A DNA stretch of 64,000 nucleotides from Marsupella aquatica. Lineage: Eukaryota; Plantae; Marchantiophyta. Location: NCBI GenBank assembly GCA_973895155.1, contig OZ316893.1, forward strand, positions 18,321,836 to 18,385,835. Direction: 5' to 3'. Under the pieces are notes generated by a model, which worked only from the letters and a program-made list of their open reading frames with translations, had not been told where the DNA came from and ran no database searches. Numbering within the stretch: the first letter of the stretch is position 1; every line of letters begins with the position of its first letter. The translations under genes and the position numbers were made by a program. Below are positions 61,635 through 64,000 of this stretch, one piece after another.

Positions 61635-64000
61635 TAATGGTAATGGTAATGGTAATGGTAATGTATTATAAGCTCCGGGACCATGAAAGTCAAAGGAGCT
61701 GCCACAAAAAGTAAAGTACAATGCAATCAAAGAAAAGAGCAACCAAAAGAGATTGCTCAGAAGAGGACAACTATGTCCTCAAAGAAACTATGGACCTAGA
61801 GAGCCCTATGGACCTAGAGAGCCCTGAAAGATTTTCCAAACCTATTCTCCTTTCCCTATCCACCGCAAAGATATATCTTCCAAGTTGTTGAGGGGGCAGA
61901 CCAAACAATGCATACAAATCTTTCACCAAGATTTGAGATGCCATCCTAACCCCCTCATAAAACTTGCAAGCAATGAATACATGATATTCATTCTCTATAC
62001 TAGAGCTATCACATAGTTGACAAACCCTCTTTTTCCTGTCAATATCCTTCCATCTCCCTTGTTCTACTTCAAGGTGGTGTGAGCTTAGTCTATACTGAGC
62101 AATAAGTTGTCTAAGTTGTACTGAGATAGTGCTAGATAAGTATTCTTGTTCTCGATATTTCTTCATGGGGTTCACATCTCTCATGTAGTATTGCTGCCGT
62201 GGGCTAGGTTCATGCCAAAGTTTGTGCAAAGCCTTTTGCTCAAGTTTTGCTCTTAGCTTGGTTGGGTGTGTTGGCCATTCATGTTCAGGAAAATCCCAAG
62301 CATGGGCCCACCTGCACACATCTGCATACCACCCTTTAGCTGAAGATGAGCGCAAGGCATGAAAAGGAAATCTGTTTTCCTCCAACTCTCTTACACGCAT
62401 GATGTATTTGAGTGTGTGGAAGAGTGCCTCCACCTCCAAAGGAAACAAGCCTGCCTCTGCAAGTGTAAGTGCATATGGGGTTTGTGACTTGATCCCAAGC
62501 TCCATCTCAAGAAATAGCTTTTGCAGCCCCTCAATCTGTTGCCACCCAGATTTAGACACACCTGCTCCCCAAATTGGTGCTCCATAAAGAATGACTGGTT
62601 TCACCAAAGCTCCAAAGAGATGTTTCCTTAACCTCCAAGTGTGTAGACCAGCTCTTTTGCATTTGTTCATGAATGCATAAAAAGCTCTGTACCCATTGGC
62701 AGCCCTAGATTTTACACATGAGGCCCAACTCAAGTTTTGAGAGAACTCCACCCCAAGGTATTTGTAGGTCCTCACAAATTCCACCAGATTCCCTTGGAAG
62801 TAGAGCTCTGGATTTTGTCGTGTGCCAATGCCCAAACACTTGGTCTTCTTGAGGTTGACTACCATCCCTGTTGCTTGACAAAACTCCTCCAAGGCATTGA
62901 GATGTCTTTGCAAAGCTTCTTGAGCATGAGCAAGTAGGACCACATCATCTGCAAATATAAGAAGTTGGAGGACAAACCTACCCAATTGAGTGCCAACTCC
63001 ACCATGCTCCTCCAAAATGTTGTGTAGCTGATCAATGAAGATGCCAAAGAGAGTTGGTGAGAGAGGACAACCTTGGATCACCCCAAGAGTGCTCCAGATT
63101 TCTTCAGAGGTTTCCTTTGAAAGTTTGATGCGCACTTCTTGGTACAATTTAGAAACAGCCAACCTGAGCTCTTCAGGCACTTCCAACTCCACCATCCTAT
63201 CCCAAAGCTTGGATCGGGAAACTTTGTCAAAGGCCTTGGAGAAGTCCACAAACAAGCAAAATAATGGTTTATGTGGAGATTTGGCCTTTTCACACAACAC
63301 CCTCAAGCAGAGAATGTGATCCATAGTGCTGAATTCTCTCCTAAAACCTGCTTGTGAAGGTGCCCTTTTCATCTCACTCTCCAACCAAGAGCTTAATCTG
63401 GCTTCAAGTAGTCCTCCCAAAACTTTAGCAAAAGTATTGCCTACCATGATGGTTCTGTAGTTGTGCACATCGTCCTTGTTGCCTGCCTTGAAGATAGGCA
63501 CCACTCTTCTGGTCATCCAAGCTTTAGGTAAACCTAAAGCCATTGCTTGATTCAGCTCATGCACCAAGTTTGTTAGTAAAGAGGGTCCTCCCCACAAAAG
63601 AAGCTCCAAGTTCAGGCCCAACAGATCTTTAGCTTTCCCATGTTGCATGTGGGAAAGATGCACCTTCACCTCCCTCTCTGTAAACTGAATGGTGTCCCCA
63701 AGGGGCAAAGGCATGCCACTAGCATCTGGAAAGAAATGCAAGGATGTGACATAGGTTACCAGGTCCTGGTGATCCAAGGGGGGAGTAGTCTTGCCTGATT
63801 GCATTCTCTCCCAAAAACGTTTTGGATGTTTGATGAACTCCTCACATAGTGATTGTTGATGACTCTTCAAGAAGCACCTCTTCTTGTGTTTGATGAAGTT
63901 CTTGTACATAGTGAATGCCAAAAGTCTCTTTTCCCCTGAATGTGATCTTGCTTGCATCCTTGCTCTAGCACAATCCTCGTCAAACCAAGCCTTCATGTTT
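61635..64000 (-). mobile_element. LINE family A copy running off the window edge
   Basis: 741-aa open RT frame, (CATTAC)n tail, GLSRSI duplication. Confidence 0.96.

Noticed and set aside
61632-61665. (GTAATG)n / (CATTAC)n as interstitial telomeric repeat
   Set aside because: All tracts but one directly follow the family A 3'UTR; the unit is not TTTAGGG-like.

Overview
Repeat-dense eukaryotic nuclear DNA from a land plant, probably a non-seed lineage (inference). It contains one intact host gene, a 4-exon TadA/TADA-like tRNA adenosine deaminase (32591-35227, +); nearly everything else is nested mobile DNA. (i) About ten near-identical insertions of a young RTEX/L2-like LINE with a (CATTAC)n tail (family A), one full length, plus two copies of a sister family with a (TTTGAC)n tail (family B). 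(ii) Ty3/Gypsy remnants, including a chromoviral integrase split by a TG..CA element with a perfect 5-bp TSD that looks like a giant ORF-carrying solo LTR. (iii) L1 remnants, and decayed EDM2-type PHD and BRCT modules. (iv) The most unusual part, at 55.5-61.6 kb: a decayed, intron-containing gene combining a ParB/Srx-like domain with a bacterial beta-class amino-(N4C/N6A) DNA methyltransferase-like domain. It is divergently paired with a GCM/WRKY-zinc-finger transposase-like ORF, and the locus carries 11 copies of a 13-bp palindrome AGCGCCNGGCGCT found only in non-coding positions. All homology calls were made by eye from motifs; no searches were run.
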